A stretch of 64,000 nucleotides of DNA from an uncultured Holophaga sp. (GCA_963664825.1 OY761614.1:896001-960000); one strand, 5' to 3'; shown: positions 9,776-20,191, counted from the stretch's first letter. Translations and numbers: made by a program. Notes: generated by a model from the letters alone, not told the origin.

Positions 9776-11095
9776 CTACTCTCCGAAGCGCTCATGCACA
9801 GCATCGATCAGCCGGAAGGCGAGATCCTGTTCCAGGCCTTCGACGCCGAGGAGCTGCTCGGCAGTCACGGTGTAGAGAGATTTGGCATCGGTATAGCCCG
9901 CCGCGGCGAGTTTTTCGGCCATGGATTCATCCAGGCCCTCGACCGCACCGAGTTCGGTGAGGAGGTTCGAAGTGGGAGCCGACACTTCCTGGGCGACCGG
10001 CGCCTCGGGCATCGCGATGCCCATGGCCTCTTCGGCATCCCGGCGTTTCTCGCCCTCGCTGCGGACATCGATATTCCAGCCCGTGAGTTTGGCGGCCAGG
10101 CGGACATTCTGACCGCGCTTGCCGATGGCGATGGAGAGCTGTTCGTCGTCCACCACCACCTCGACGCGCCGGGTCTCCAGATCCAGGATATTGACCCGCA
10201 GAGCCTTGGCCGGATTCAGCGCATTGGCGATGAAGCGCGTGATCTCCTCGTCGAAGCGGACGATATCGATCTTCTCGTTCTTGAGTTCGCGGATGATGGC
10301 CTGGACGCGGCTGCCCTTCAGGCCCACGCAGGCGCCCACGGGATCCACATCGGGATCGACGCTCTGGACCGCCACCTTGGCACGATCGCCGGCTTCCCGG
10401 ACGCAGGAGCGAATGACCACGGTGCCATCGTGGATCTCAGGCACTTCCTGGTCGAAGAGTTTTACCAGCAGCCTGGGATCGGTGCGGCTCACCTGCACCT
10501 GGGGATCCTTGGCGCTCTTGTCCACGCTGACGATGACCACCTTGATGCGCTGCCCCTTGTCGAAGCGGTCACCCCGCAGGGCCTCGCTGCGCTTCAGCAT
10601 GGCCTCGACGCGGTCGACTTCCAGGACGATGGCGCTCTTCTCGAAGCGCTTCACCTCGCCCACCACCACTTCGCCCATGCGGTCGGCGAAATCGATATAG
10701 ACCCGCTCCCGCTCGGCCTCGCGCACCTTCTGCACGAGCACCTGCTTGGCGGCCTGGGCGGCGATGCGGCCCAGCTGGCTGGTGTCCTGGGGCAGCCAGA
10801 GGGTGTCGCCCTCGGCCGCATCCGGATTCAGGCCCTGGGCCTCCTCCAGGCTGATCTCCAGGTCCTCTTCTTCGACTTCCTTCACGACCTGCTTGAGGGC
10901 ATAGACGTGGAACTCGCCGGTCTCCCGGTCCATCTGGGCCTGGAAGTTGCCGTAGAAGTCCAGACTCTGGAAATACTTCTCCGCCGCCTTGACGAGGGCT
11001 TCCTCCACGGCATTGAAGACATCCTCTTCAGGGATGTTCTTTTCGGCGGAAATCATCTTCACGCTATCGAAAAAGCTGGTGGCTACAACTGCCAT
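9776..11095 (-). CDS. nusA: Transcription termination/antitermination factor NusA
   Basis: GRIAAQAAKQV, S1 and KH domains (VGACVGLKGSRV, AIGKRGQNVRLA), C-terminal HhH-like repeat. Confidence 0.98.
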   Translation of the reverse strand: MAVVATSFFDSVKMISAEKNIPEEDVFNAVEEALVKAAEKYFQSLDFYGNFQAQMDRETGEFHVYALKQVVKEVEEEDLEISLEEAQGLNPDAAEGDTLWLPQDTSQLGRIAAQAAKQVLVQKVREAERERVYIDFADRMGEVVVGEVKRFEKSAIVLEVDRVEAMLKRSEALRGDRFDKGQRIKVVIVSVDKSAKDPQVQVSRTDPRLLVKLFDQEVPEIHDGTVVIRSCVREAGDRAKVAVQSVDPDVDPVGACVGLKGSRVQAIIRELKNEKIDIVRFDEEITRFIANALNPAKALRVNILDLETRRVEVVVDDEQLSIAIGKRGQNVRLAAKLTGWNIDVRSEGEKRRDAEEAMGIAMPEAPVAQEVSAPTSNLLTELGAVEGLDESMAEKLAAAGYTDAKSLYTVTAEQLLGVEGLEQDLAFRLIDAVHERFGE

Positions 11096-11096
11096 T

Positions 11097-11741
11097 CTAG
11101 ATCTCCTCGCCGAGGCTTTTCTCTACATCGGCTGATGCGTCGGGCGCGGCCGGGGCCACGATCCGGGGTTTAGGGGTCTTTGTCTCTTCGCCCTGTGGGC
11201 TCAGACTTCCCCGCTGAGAGTCGAGGCCTTCCTGTTCGGCTTCCGCCCGCCGGACCTGCTTGGGGGGAGGAGCGCTGTTCTCGTCAAAAGGCGCGAGACG
11301 CGCCTTTTGGATGGCCTCGAAGGGAATGGTCTTCAGGACACCATCCTCCTCCACGGTCACCTGCTCGGCCGTGACTTCGCCAATCCAGCCCTTGAAGCGC
11401 TTCTGGCCATTGAGGGGCTGGGCGGTCTGGATGCGGCAGAGCCGCCCGGCAAAGCGCCGGTAGTGCGCGGGCTTCGTGAGGGGGCGCTCCAGGCCGGGAC
11501 TGGAGATCTCCAGTCCGATTTCCTCTCGCAGGGAAGGGAATTCCACGTCCATCCAGGCCACCAGGCCATCGTTGGCCGCCACACAATCGTCCAGGGTGAC
11601 GGGACGCTGGGCGTCGAGATGATCGATGTAGAGCCGGAGGATCGCATCCCGGCCCTCCTGAACGGATTCCAGGCTCACCAGCTCGAAGCCGAGGAGGCCG
11701 AGCTGGCGTTCGATGGGTGCATGAACTTTCTGGAGATCCAT
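11097..11741 (-). CDS. rimP: Ribosome maturation factor RimP
   Basis: LRLYID..VTLDDC, LEISSPGLERPL; first gene of rimP-nusA-infB. Start set at MDLQKV. Confidence 0.95.
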   Translation of the reverse strand: MDLQKVHAPIERQLGLLGFELVSLESVQEGRDAILRLYIDHLDAQRPVTLDDCVAANDGLVAWMDVEFPSLREEIGLEISSPGLERPLTKPAHYRRFAGRLCRIQTAQPLNGQKRFKGWIGEVTAEQVTVEEDGVLKTIPFEAIQKARLAPFDENSAPPPKQVRRAEAEQEGLDSQRGSLSPQGEETKTPKPRIVAPAAPDASADVEKSLGEEI

Positions 11742-11761
11742 TGTGTGTTCCCTGAAACCCG

Positions 11762-11784
11762 GAAGAGGCGGGCGAACCCACCCG
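11762..11784 (-). promoter_or_regulatory. rimP-leader-type hairpin
   Basis: Minus strand GGGTGGG-TTCG-CCCGCCT-CTT about 20 nt before the rimP start, matching the position and shape of the conserved rimP leader. Candidate promoter TTGTTT-17-TAGACT at 11893-11865. Confidence 0.55.
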
Positions 11785-11982
11785 ACAAAGCCCGTTCGCA
11801 TTCGAGGTCTCCGTTTTTCGGCGAAATCCCCGAACCCGGCAGGCAAGGCCAGATTCAACCGCTGAGTCTACCGGGAATCGCCTTGACAAACAATGGAGAT
11901 TCAAGGGCGGGAGCCCCCCGGTCTTCATCCCTTCGCCTTGTCCCCCCTTTGCGTCACCCTGGAAGTTCGCCCGGAGGTTTTC

Positions 11983-12894
11983 ATGGCCCAGATCCTGGAT
12001 GGCAAGGCTCATGCCGCCCGCATGCTCGAGGAAGTCAAACAGGCCGTAGACGCCCGGCTCAAGGCCGGACTGCGCCCGCCCTGCCTGGCGGTGGTCCTTG
12101 TGGGGGAAGACCCCGCCAGCCAGGTCTACGTGAAGGGCAAGGTCACGGATTGCGCCAAGACGGGCATCCGCTCCCTGGAATACCGCCTCCCGGCCGAGGC
12201 AAGTCAGACCGAGCTGGAGGCCCTCATCGATAGCCTGAACACCGACCCCACCGTGGACGGCCTCCTGGTCCAACTGCCCCTGCCCAAGGGCCTGGATTCC
12301 AAGGGGGCCCTGCATCGCATCGCGCCAGCCAAGGACGTGGACGGCTTCCACCCCATGAACCAGGGACTGCTGCTGGAAGGCCTGCCCGGACTGCGCCCCT
12401 GCACCCCCAGCGCCGTGATGAACATGCTCAAGGCCTACGGTGTGCCCCTGAAGGGGGCTCGGGCGGTGGTCCTGGGCCGCAGCGAGATCGTGGGCAAGCC
12501 CATGGCCCTCATGCTGCTGGAGGAGCACGCCACCGTCACCATCGCCCATAGCCGCACGGTAGACCTCCCCGCCCTCTGTCGGGAGGCCGATCTCCTGGTG
12601 GCCGCCGTGGGTCGGCCCGGCATGGTGGAGGGCTCTTGGATCAAGCCCGGCGCCGTGGTGGTGGACGTGGGCATCAACCGCGTGGAGGACCTGGCCCTGG
12701 CGGAGCGGATCTTCGCCAAGGAACCCCGCAAGCTGGAGACCCTGAAGACCAAGGGCGGCGTCCTCTGCGGCGACGTGCGCTTCCAGGAGGCCATGGAGGT
12801 GGCCAGCGCCGTCACCCCCGTGCCCGGGGGCGTGGGCCTGCTCACCCGGGCCGGACTGATGATGAATACCCTCCAGGCCTGCCAAGGGCGCTGA
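11983..12894 (+). CDS. folD: Bifunctional methylene-THF dehydrogenase/cyclohydrolase
   Basis: LDGK, YVKGK, VQLPLP, KDVDGF, PCTP, GRSEIVGKP, TPVPGGVG; GGAGG RBS before ATG 11983. Confidence 0.97.
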   Translation: MAQILDGKAHAARMLEEVKQAVDARLKAGLRPPCLAVVLVGEDPASQVYVKGKVTDCAKTGIRSLEYRLPAEASQTELEALIDSLNTDPTVDGLLVQLPLPKGLDSKGALHRIAPAKDVDGFHPMNQGLLLEGLPGLRPCTPSAVMNMLKAYGVPLKGARAVVLGRSEIVGKPMALMLLEEHATVTIAHSRTVDLPALCREADLLVAAVGRPGMVEGSWIKPGAVVVDVGINRVEDLALAERIFAKEPRKLETLKTKGGVLCGDVRFQEAMEVASAVTPVPGGVGLLTRAGLMMNTLQACQGR

Positions 12895-12931
12895 GACAGG
12901 ATTCGGCGTTCCGACCCACACGCTCGCCGAT

Positions 12932-14380
12932 TTACACCACGGCGATCCCGCTTTCCTTCAGTGTGGCCTCCAGCTTGCGGCGGGAGATGCGGGGATCGGC
13001 CACCACGCAGGGGCCATTGACGCAGCCCCCTTCGCAGGACATGCATTCCAGGAAGTTCCCGACGCCCTTCCCGGCCCCATAGACCTTGAGTTGGCGCAGC
13101 ATATCCTTCCCCAGACCGGAGAGCTTGTCGGGCCTGAGCACGACCCTGTCACCGATGCGGCGGGCCACGGCATCCCGCACGCCCCCCTCCATGGCATAGC
13201 CCCGCCCCTGGGCCGTGGCCCCCAGCTCTGGCGCGGTCCCTTGGCATTGACCGACATCGACGCCCTTGGCCACCAGGGCCGCGCCCAGTTCCTCGAAGGT
13301 CAGCACGCGATCCACCAATGGGTCGGCGAGAGCCTCCCTCCGCTTGGCCACGCAGGGGCTGATGAAGACCCGCAGGGCCTCCGGGAACCGCGCCGCGGCC
13401 ATCTCCGCGGTGAAATGCAGGGGGGTCGGCGTGTGGGAGATGCGCGGCGCCAAGGCGGGCAGGTTCTTGCGAACCAGGTCCGTGTAGGCCGGACAGCAGG
13501 AGGTCGTCATGAAGGGATCCCCCGCCTCCAGGCGCTCGATCAGTTCCTCGGCTTCGGCTTCCGTGGTGCGATCGGCTCCGGCAGCCACCTCGGCCACCTG
13601 ACTGAAACCCAGCGCCTTCAAGGCGCTCGCGAGTTGCTCCGGGGAGGCCTCGAACTGACCCAGGAGGGCCGGGGCGAAGAGGGCCACGGCGGGCCTCTCT
13701 TCTCCCAGGGCCCGCAGGATCTCCAGGAACTCCGACTGCTCCACGATAGCGCCGAAGGGGCAGGCCTGCATACACTTGCCGCAGTGGACGCAACCCTCGT
13801 GGTCCAGCGTCTGTTTGCCGGAATCCCCACGGGTGATAGCCCCCACAGGGCAGGCCTCCTCGCAGGGCACAGGCACCCGCACGATGGCGTGGAAGGGGCA
13901 CATGTCCACGCAGCGCCCGCAGTTCACGCAGAGATCGGGGTCGATCTTGGATTGCCCCCCCTCGAAGGTGATCGCCTTCTTCGGGCAGTTCAGCACGCAG
14001 GACCGGGCCATGCAGCCCTGACAAGCGTTGGTGACGAAGTAGCGGCTCTTGACGCAGGCGCTGCAGGCGTCGTCGATGACGGTGAGCACCCGGGGATCCC
14101 GTGCCTCGCGGGCAAGGGCCTCTCCTGCATACTCGGACAGGGGTTTCAGCTCGTCGGTCTCATCTCCAATATTGAAGCCCATGAGGGCCATGATCCGGTA
14201 GCGCAGAATGGCGCGCTCTGTGTGGATGCAGCACCGCAGGCGCTGGCCGCGGTAGTTCCGGGGGCGGATTTCCACCGGGAGGCGGTCGATGCGTTCCAGC
14301 AGCGTGCCCTCGAAGAGGTGCCGGGCCAGCTTGACCATGAGCTCCCGGCGGATGCGGGTGGTGTTGTTATCGGGCTGCAT
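12932..14380 (-). CDS. Monomeric [FeFe]-hydrogenase, group B type (HfsD-like)
   Basis: H-cluster motifs TSCCP, SPCVAK and ECMSCEGGCVNG; N-terminal ferredoxin motifs (CQGCMARSC..CP, CVNCGRC..CP, CVHCGKC..CP). Confidence 0.9.
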   Translation of the reverse strand: MQPDNNTTRIRRELMVKLARHLFEGTLLERIDRLPVEIRPRNYRGQRLRCCIHTERAILRYRIMALMGFNIGDETDELKPLSEYAGEALAREARDPRVLTVIDDACSACVKSRYFVTNACQGCMARSCVLNCPKKAITFEGGQSKIDPDLCVNCGRCVDMCPFHAIVRVPVPCEEACPVGAITRGDSGKQTLDHEGCVHCGKCMQACPFGAIVEQSEFLEILRALGEERPAVALFAPALLGQFEASPEQLASALKALGFSQVAEVAAGADRTTEAEAEELIERLEAGDPFMTTSCCPAYTDLVRKNLPALAPRISHTPTPLHFTAEMAAARFPEALRVFISPCVAKRREALADPLVDRVLTFEELGAALVAKGVDVGQCQGTAPELGATAQGRGYAMEGGVRDAVARRIGDRVVLRPDKLSGLGKDMLRQLKVYGAGKGVGNFLECMSCEGGCVNGPCVVADPRISRRKLEATLKESGIAVV

Positions 14381-14383
14381 CGT

Positions 14384-14647
14384 TCACCCTTCCCGGGAGG
14401 CCGCCAGGACCTCCAGGCGCTCTAGGATTCGCGGCAGGGTGGCATCCGCCAAGATTTCATCGCCGATTTTCACGTAGGGGGCCTCATTGGGGTTGCGACC
14501 ATCGCAGAGTTCCAGGCAGCGCGCCCCCCTCACCCGGACCCGGCCCCGCAGATGCTCGGGCAGCTGTTCTTCCAGCATCAGAAGATGGGAACCGCCCATC
14601 ACCACGCAGGTGGTGCCCGCGCAAACGGTCACGACGATCGTGTCCAT
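14384..14647 (-). CDS. Thioredoxin-like [2Fe-2S] protein (NuoE-like)
   Basis: CAGTTC...CLELC (Cx4C-Cx3C), APYVKIG; 87 aa. Confidence 0.85.
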   Translation of the reverse strand: MDTIVVTVCAGTTCVVMGGSHLLMLEEQLPEHLRGRVRVRGARCLELCDGRNPNEAPYVKIGDEILADATLPRILERLEVLAASREG

Positions 14648-14658
14648 TCCGGTCTCCT

Positions 14659-15831
14659 CTAGTAGTACGTGACATGGACCTTCTTGAGATACTTGGCCTC
14701 CAGCAGCCCCGCCAGACGCTTGATGACGTTGCGGCGGATATCCAACTCGATGGGGAGCGTGGGATCCTGATGGGCCTGGTTCACCCGGGTACCCACCTGG
14801 AAGGAGATGACATCGCTCTCCAGGAGGAGTTCCATGAGGCGGGTGGCGGCGTTGCGGCGGTGGGGCGGAGGCCCGAACTCGAGATAGTCCCCGAGCTTGC
14901 CCAGGGTCAGGCAGCCCTCGGTCACCAGTTCCACCCCTTCCATGTGGGAGGGCATGGGGACCTCCCGGTCGTATTCGCTCAGATCCATCTCGATCTCCCG
15001 CCGCAATTCCCGGGCGACGATATTGGAGGTGGTGCCGCCACAGACGACCTTCTTCACGCCGGGCTCCTCCACCAGGCGGGCGTATTCGGGGTCCCGGGAT
15101 TCCTCGTAGGGGGGCCCCGTGATCACATACATCTGGCGGGGATGCCGGAAGCAGAGGATCCCGCAGGTGATGTCATCCCCCGGCAGGCCGCCGTCGTAGC
15201 CCACCGCGCGGTCCACCACCACTTCGGCCAATCGCCGGGCGGAGAGGGCCGGATACTGCCGCAGCCTCTCGAGGATGAAGGCCTGGGCCTCAGGTTCCCC
15301 CCAGCCCAGGGGCAGTTCCTCGGTGCCCATGCCGGCCTGGGTGACGCCATCGGAATAGAGCAGGATGCGATCCCCGATGTTTGTTTCGAACTCCGAGACC
15401 TGGAGGATGCGATTGCCCCAGCGGGGACGCCCCAGCAACCGGCGTTCCACGGGCACGGCCTCCCCATCCCGGAGCAGGAGGAAGGGCGGATTGCCGTGTT
15501 CGAAGACCCGGGTGCGCCCATCCATGTGGGCATCCACGATGGTGAAGGTGGAGTGGCTGATGTGGCGCCGGGGTTCCACCGGCAGGGAATCCATAAGGAT
15601 GGTGGCGGCCTTGGCCGTATCGATATTCCAGGCCACGTACTCGAGGGCCATGGCCGCCGTCAGGGAAGCCGGAGCCGCGGCCTGCACCCCATGGCCCAAT
15701 CCGTCGGCGAGCACTGACACCATGCGGCGCCCCTCGTCCAGTTTCTGGGAGAGGAAGACATCCCCCGCCAGGTTCTGGCCCTTGCAGGCCAGCTGGCAGT
15801 AGTCCACCTCGATGAAGAGGCTCTCAGGCAT
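14659..15831 (-). CDS. SpoIIE/PP2C-type Ser/Thr phosphatase (HfsC-like)
   Basis: GDVF, LADGLGHG, YSDGVT, GDDIT; C-terminal CGGTTSNI domain typical of hydrogenase-linked phosphatases. Confidence 0.9.
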   Translation of the reverse strand: MPESLFIEVDYCQLACKGQNLAGDVFLSQKLDEGRRMVSVLADGLGHGVQAAAPASLTAAMALEYVAWNIDTAKAATILMDSLPVEPRRHISHSTFTIVDAHMDGRTRVFEHGNPPFLLLRDGEAVPVERRLLGRPRWGNRILQVSEFETNIGDRILLYSDGVTQAGMGTEELPLGWGEPEAQAFILERLRQYPALSARRLAEVVVDRAVGYDGGLPGDDITCGILCFRHPRQMYVITGPPYEESRDPEYARLVEEPGVKKVVCGGTTSNIVARELRREIEMDLSEYDREVPMPSHMEGVELVTEGCLTLGKLGDYLEFGPPPHRRNAATRLMELLLESDVISFQVGTRVNQAHQDPTLPIELDIRRNVIKRLAGLLEAKYLKKVHVTYY

Positions 15832-17542
15832 TGGGCCCCCCGGGGCGTTCCCGGACCGCGAACTCCTCGATGATCGAATTGAGGATGCCCTCGGACTTGG
15901 CGGCATTGCGCCCCAGGCTGAAGGCGATGTCCTGCACGTTGGCCAGCATGTTCTGGATCACCTGCTGAGCCTTCTCGATGACCTGCTGCTGGCGCTGGTC
16001 GGTCTCCGTCACATCCAGCAGGAGGGCCCCGATCACGCGATGGGCCTCCACGGTGAAGATCGTCACGCTCAGGGTGCGCTCCCCGCAGGGAATGCTCTCC
16101 CGGATGATCTCCTCGCCGCTATCGAGCACCCTCTGGAAGTAATCGGTGAAGGACAGGAATTTCTCCAGATGGGCTCCCGCCAAGTCCGGCTGCGTCTCAT
16201 GGACCAGCCAGGCGTCCTCGCCCATGAGCCGGACGAATTCCTCGTTGCATTCGATGACTTCCAGCTCCTGCCCCAGGATGACCACCCCGAAGGGCAGGGT
16301 CCGCAGCAGGGCATTGGCCTTCTTTTGCGCCAGGTTCCGCATATTCGAAACGCACATGCGGCCCTCCGCCCGACCATCGAGAATGGCCCGGGCCAGCTCC
16401 CGGCAGCTGTCGTATCCGCAGGCGCCGCAGTTGAGTTCATCCTCCGCACTGCGCTTGCCGATGCGCTCCAGGATCTGGGTGATTTCCTCCTCAGCGAAGG
16501 CCGTCTCCACCAGGGGATTGGGCAGGTAATGGCTGGCCACGGGGGCCTCGGGGCGCCTGGGACAGGCCTTCGGGTCCTCCTGGACGTAGTCGAGCACCTT
16601 CATACGGGAGGCCACCGCCTCCCGGCGGGAGACCTTGGGACCGCAGACGCAGCCCCCCTCGCAGGCCAGCAGTTCCAGGAAAATATTCCGCTCCCGGGGC
16701 TGGGGCAGATCCTCAAGGGCGTCCTGGATCTGCCCCAGGCCGCTCAGGGTCATGAAGCGGGTGTTCGAACCGCGCATATTGAGCCGCGTGGCCTCCGCCA
16801 TGCCCCCTTCCACCGGATAGAGGGCGCCTTCGGCGGCGGGTTGGAGGAGGAAGCGATCCTCCGCTCCGGGTGTGAGGCGGGCGGGGTTGATGCCTGCCCG
16901 GTCAAACCAGGCCCGCAGATCCTCGAAGGTGAGCACGGCCCCCAACAGACCCGGATGGGCTTCGGCCTCCAGTTTCTTGGCGATGCAGGGGCCCACGAAG
17001 ACCACCGCGATATCGGGTCCCAGGTGGACCCGCAACAGCTCGGCATGAGCCAAGAGCGGGGAATGCACAGGCGAAAGATGCGGCACCAGCTCTGGGTGGT
17101 ACTTCTGCACCAGATCGACCGCCACGGGGCAGGCCGTGGAGAACATCATGCGGCCCGTGCCCCCATCCAGCTCCTGGGCGATCCAGGCCGAGACCTGCTG
17201 GGCCCCAAGCGCCGTCTCGCTCACCCCGTGGAAGCCCAGTCTGCGGATGGCCGCGATGAGCTGGCCGGGCTCGATCCCTTCGAATTCGCTGACGAAGGAG
17301 GGCGCCAGCGAGACCACCACCCGGGCACGGCTCTCCAATAGCTGGACCGCCAGCGCCGTATCGTTCCGAACCACCTTGGCCCCGGAGGGACAGGCCGCCA
17401 CACAGGCGCCGCAGGCGATGCAGCGCTCTGGCATGACGGTGGCGTGACCCACTGTGACGCGGATCGCCTTGACGGGACATCCCCGCACGCACTTGTAGCA
17501 GTCGTGGCATTGAGCCTGTTCGGAATAGACGGCGCCGTGCAT
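15824..17542 (-). CDS. Sensory group C [FeFe]-hydrogenase with FeS and PAS domains (HydS/HfsB-like)
   Basis: Two 4Fe-4S motifs; variant H-cluster motifs STACP, GPCIAKK and ELLACEGGC; LNCGACGYDSC FeS domain; PAS (PFGVVIL..ECNEEF); C-terminal coiled coil. Confidence 0.9.
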   Translation of the reverse strand: MHGAVYSEQAQCHDCYKCVRGCPVKAIRVTVGHATVMPERCIACGACVAACPSGAKVVRNDTALAVQLLESRARVVVSLAPSFVSEFEGIEPGQLIAAIRRLGFHGVSETALGAQQVSAWIAQELDGGTGRMMFSTACPVAVDLVQKYHPELVPHLSPVHSPLLAHAELLRVHLGPDIAVVFVGPCIAKKLEAEAHPGLLGAVLTFEDLRAWFDRAGINPARLTPGAEDRFLLQPAAEGALYPVEGGMAEATRLNMRGSNTRFMTLSGLGQIQDALEDLPQPRERNIFLELLACEGGCVCGPKVSRREAVASRMKVLDYVQEDPKACPRRPEAPVASHYLPNPLVETAFAEEEITQILERIGKRSAEDELNCGACGYDSCRELARAILDGRAEGRMCVSNMRNLAQKKANALLRTLPFGVVILGQELEVIECNEEFVRLMGEDAWLVHETQPDLAGAHLEKFLSFTDYFQRVLDSGEEIIRESIPCGERTLSVTIFTVEAHRVIGALLLDVTETDQRQQQVIEKAQQVIQNMLANVQDIAFSLGRNAAKSEGILNSIIEEFAVRERPGGPNA

Positions 17543-17572
17543 CAAATCATCCTTCCCTGAGTCCCAGTCTTG

Positions 17573-20191
17573 CTAGGCTTCCTTCCCCGCCTGAACCTCC
17601 GCGAAGGGACGGCCGTAGTAGGTGTCCAGCAGGATCTGGCGCAGCTCGCTGATCAGTGGGAAGCGGGGGTTCGTGCCCGTGCATTGGTCGTCGAAGGCCT
17701 CTTCGGCCAGACGGTCCACCTTGGCCAGAAATTCCTCCTCGGGGACGCCAGCCTCCCGGATGGAGGCAGGGATGCCCAGCTCCCGCTTGAGATCGTCCAC
17801 CCAGGCGATGAGGGCCTCCACCTTGTCGCCGGTGCGCGCGCCTCCCAGGCCCAGGTGATCGGCCACCTCGGCGTAGCGCCGTCTGGCCTGGGGCCGGTCG
17901 TACTGACTGAAGGCCGTCTGCTTGGTGGGATTATCGTTGGCGTTGTAGCGGATCACATTGGAGATCAGTAGCGCATTGGCCAGGCCATGGGCGATATGGA
18001 ATTCGGCCCCCAGCTTGTGGGCCATGGAATGGCAGACCCCCAGGAAGGCGTTGGCGAAGGCGATGCCTGCGATGGTGGCCGCGTTATGCACCGCTTCCCG
18101 GGCCTTCGGGTCCTGGGCCCCGTTATGGTAGGCCGAGGGGAGATGCTCCTGCAGGAGCCGCAGAGCCTGGAGGGCCTGGGGATCCGAAAACTCGTTGGCC
18201 ATCACGGAGACGTAGGCCTCCAGGGCGTGGGTCACGGCGTCGACGCCGCCAAAGGCCGTGAGGCTCTTGGGCATATTCATGACCAGGTTCGGATCCACGA
18301 TGGCGAGAGTCGGCGTGAGTTCGTAATCGGCGATGGGGTACTTCATGCCTGTCACTTCGTCGGTGACGACGGCGAAGGGAGTCACTTCTGAACCCGTGCC
18401 CGAGGTGGTGGGAATGGCCACCAGCGTGCACTTGACGCCCATCTTCGGGAACTTGTAGATGCGCTTGCGAATATCCATGAAGCGCAGGGCCAGATCCTCG
18501 AAGTGGATCTCGGGATGCTCGTAGAGCACGCCCATGATCTTGGCGGCGTCCATGGGCGATCCGCCACCGAGGGCCACCAGCACATCGGGTTTGAAGGCGC
18601 TGAGCATGGCCACGCCCTTGCGCACGATGGCTAGCGTCGGATCGGCCTCCACCTCGTGGAAGACCTCCACCTCCAGGCCCATCTTCTTCAGGATGCGGAT
18701 GACCTCGTCGGCGTACCCGTGGGTGAAGAGGTAGCGGTCCGTCACGATGGCCGCCCGCTTCTTGTCGGCCAGTTCCTCCAGGGCGAAGGGCAGGCAGCCG
18801 CGCCGGAAGTAGATGCTCTTGGGAAGCCTGTGCCACAGCATATTTTCAGCCCTCTTCGCCACGGTCTTCTTGTTGATCAGGTGCTTGGGTCCCACATTTT
18901 CTGAAATCGAATTGCCTCCCCAGGAGCCGCAGCCCAGCGTCAGCGAGGGGGCGAGCTTGAAGTTGTAGAGATCCCCGATGCCCCCTTGAGAAGAGGGCGT
19001 ATTGATGAGGATGCGGCCCGTCTTCATGCGCTCGCCGAAATACATGATGCGCCCCGGCTGCCCGTCCTGGTCGGTGTAGAGCACGGCCGTGTGGCCGATG
19101 CCCCCCAGGGCCACCAGGGCTTCGGCCTTTTCGGTGGCCTCCTGGAAATCCTTGGCGCGATACATGGCGAGGGTGGGAGAGAGCTTCTCGTGGGCGAAGG
19201 GCTCTTCCAGCCCCACCGATTCCACTTCCCCGATCAGCACCTTGGTGTAGACCGGCACGTCCAGACCGGCCATGGAGGCGATCTTCACCGCGGACTGGCC
19301 CACGATCTCGGCGTTGAGCCCTCCATTGATCAGGATGACACCGCGCACGGCCTCGCATTCCGTGGCGTTCAGGATGTAGCCCCCATGGGAGGCGAAGCGC
19401 TCCTTCACGGCCTCATAGACGCTCTCGACGATGATGACGGACTGCTCCGAGGCACATATCACGCCGTTGTCGAAGGTCTTGGACATGAGGATGGAAGCCA
19501 CGGCCCGCTTAATATCGGCGGTCTCGTCGATGACCACGGGCGTGTTGCCGGCGCCGACGCCGATGGCGGGACGGCCCGAGGAATAGGCCGCCTTCACCAT
19601 GCCGGGACCACCGGTGGCCAGGATCAGATTGATATCCGGGTGGTGCATGAGGACGTTCGAGAGCTCCACGCTGGGTTCGTCGATCCAGCCGATGATGCCC
19701 CGGGGAGCGCCCGCGGCCACGGCGGCCTCCAGCACGATCCGAGCCGCCTCGCAGGTGGAGCGCTTGGCCCTCGGATGGGGATTGAAGATGATGCCGTTGC
19801 GGGTCTTCAGGCTGATAAGCGCCTTGAAGATGGCCGTGGAGGTGGGATTGGTGGTGGGCACGATGCCGCAGATGATGCCGATGGGCTCGCCGATGGTGAT
19901 GGTGCCGAAGGCGTCATCCTCGGAAAGGACACCGCAGGTCTTCTCGTCCTTGTATTTGTTGTAGATGTACTCGGAGGCGAAGTGGTTCTTGATCACCTTG
20001 TCCTCGATGACGCCCATGCCGGTCTCGGCCACGGCCATCTTGGCCAGGGGGATGCGGGCATCAGCCGCCGCCAGGGCCGCCATGCGGAAGATCTCGTCGA
20101 CCTGCTCCTGGCTATAGGTGGCCAGCACGCGTTGGGCCTTCTTGACCCGGGCCACCAGGGCATCCAGTTCCTGAACGGTTGAGACAGACAT
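17573..20191 (-). CDS. adhE: Bifunctional acetaldehyde-CoA/alcohol dehydrogenase
   Basis: EDKVIKNHFASE, PTTNPTST, FDNGVICASEQ, LTLGCGSWGGNS, GGGSPMDAAK, CHSMAHKLG; GGAGGG RBS. Confidence 0.98.
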   Translation of the reverse strand: MSVSTVQELDALVARVKKAQRVLATYSQEQVDEIFRMAALAAADARIPLAKMAVAETGMGVIEDKVIKNHFASEYIYNKYKDEKTCGVLSEDDAFGTITIGEPIGIICGIVPTTNPTSTAIFKALISLKTRNGIIFNPHPRAKRSTCEAARIVLEAAVAAGAPRGIIGWIDEPSVELSNVLMHHPDINLILATGGPGMVKAAYSSGRPAIGVGAGNTPVVIDETADIKRAVASILMSKTFDNGVICASEQSVIIVESVYEAVKERFASHGGYILNATECEAVRGVILINGGLNAEIVGQSAVKIASMAGLDVPVYTKVLIGEVESVGLEEPFAHEKLSPTLAMYRAKDFQEATEKAEALVALGGIGHTAVLYTDQDGQPGRIMYFGERMKTGRILINTPSSQGGIGDLYNFKLAPSLTLGCGSWGGNSISENVGPKHLINKKTVAKRAENMLWHRLPKSIYFRRGCLPFALEELADKKRAAIVTDRYLFTHGYADEVIRILKKMGLEVEVFHEVEADPTLAIVRKGVAMLSAFKPDVLVALGGGSPMDAAKIMGVLYEHPEIHFEDLALRFMDIRKRIYKFPKMGVKCTLVAIPTTSGTGSEVTPFAVVTDEVTGMKYPIADYELTPTLAIVDPNLVMNMPKSLTAFGGVDAVTHALEAYVSVMANEFSDPQALQALRLLQEHLPSAYHNGAQDPKAREAVHNAATIAGIAFANAFLGVCHSMAHKLGAEFHIAHGLANALLISNVIRYNANDNPTKQTAFSQYDRPQARRRYAEVADHLGLGGARTGDKVEALIAWVDDLKRELGIPASIREAGVPEEEFLAKVDRLAEEAFDDQCTGTNPRFPLISELRQILLDTYYGRPFAEVQAGKEA

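Noticed and set aside
11883..11888. Plus-strand TTGACA as the folD -35 box
   Set aside because: No plausible -10 box 16-18 bp downstream.
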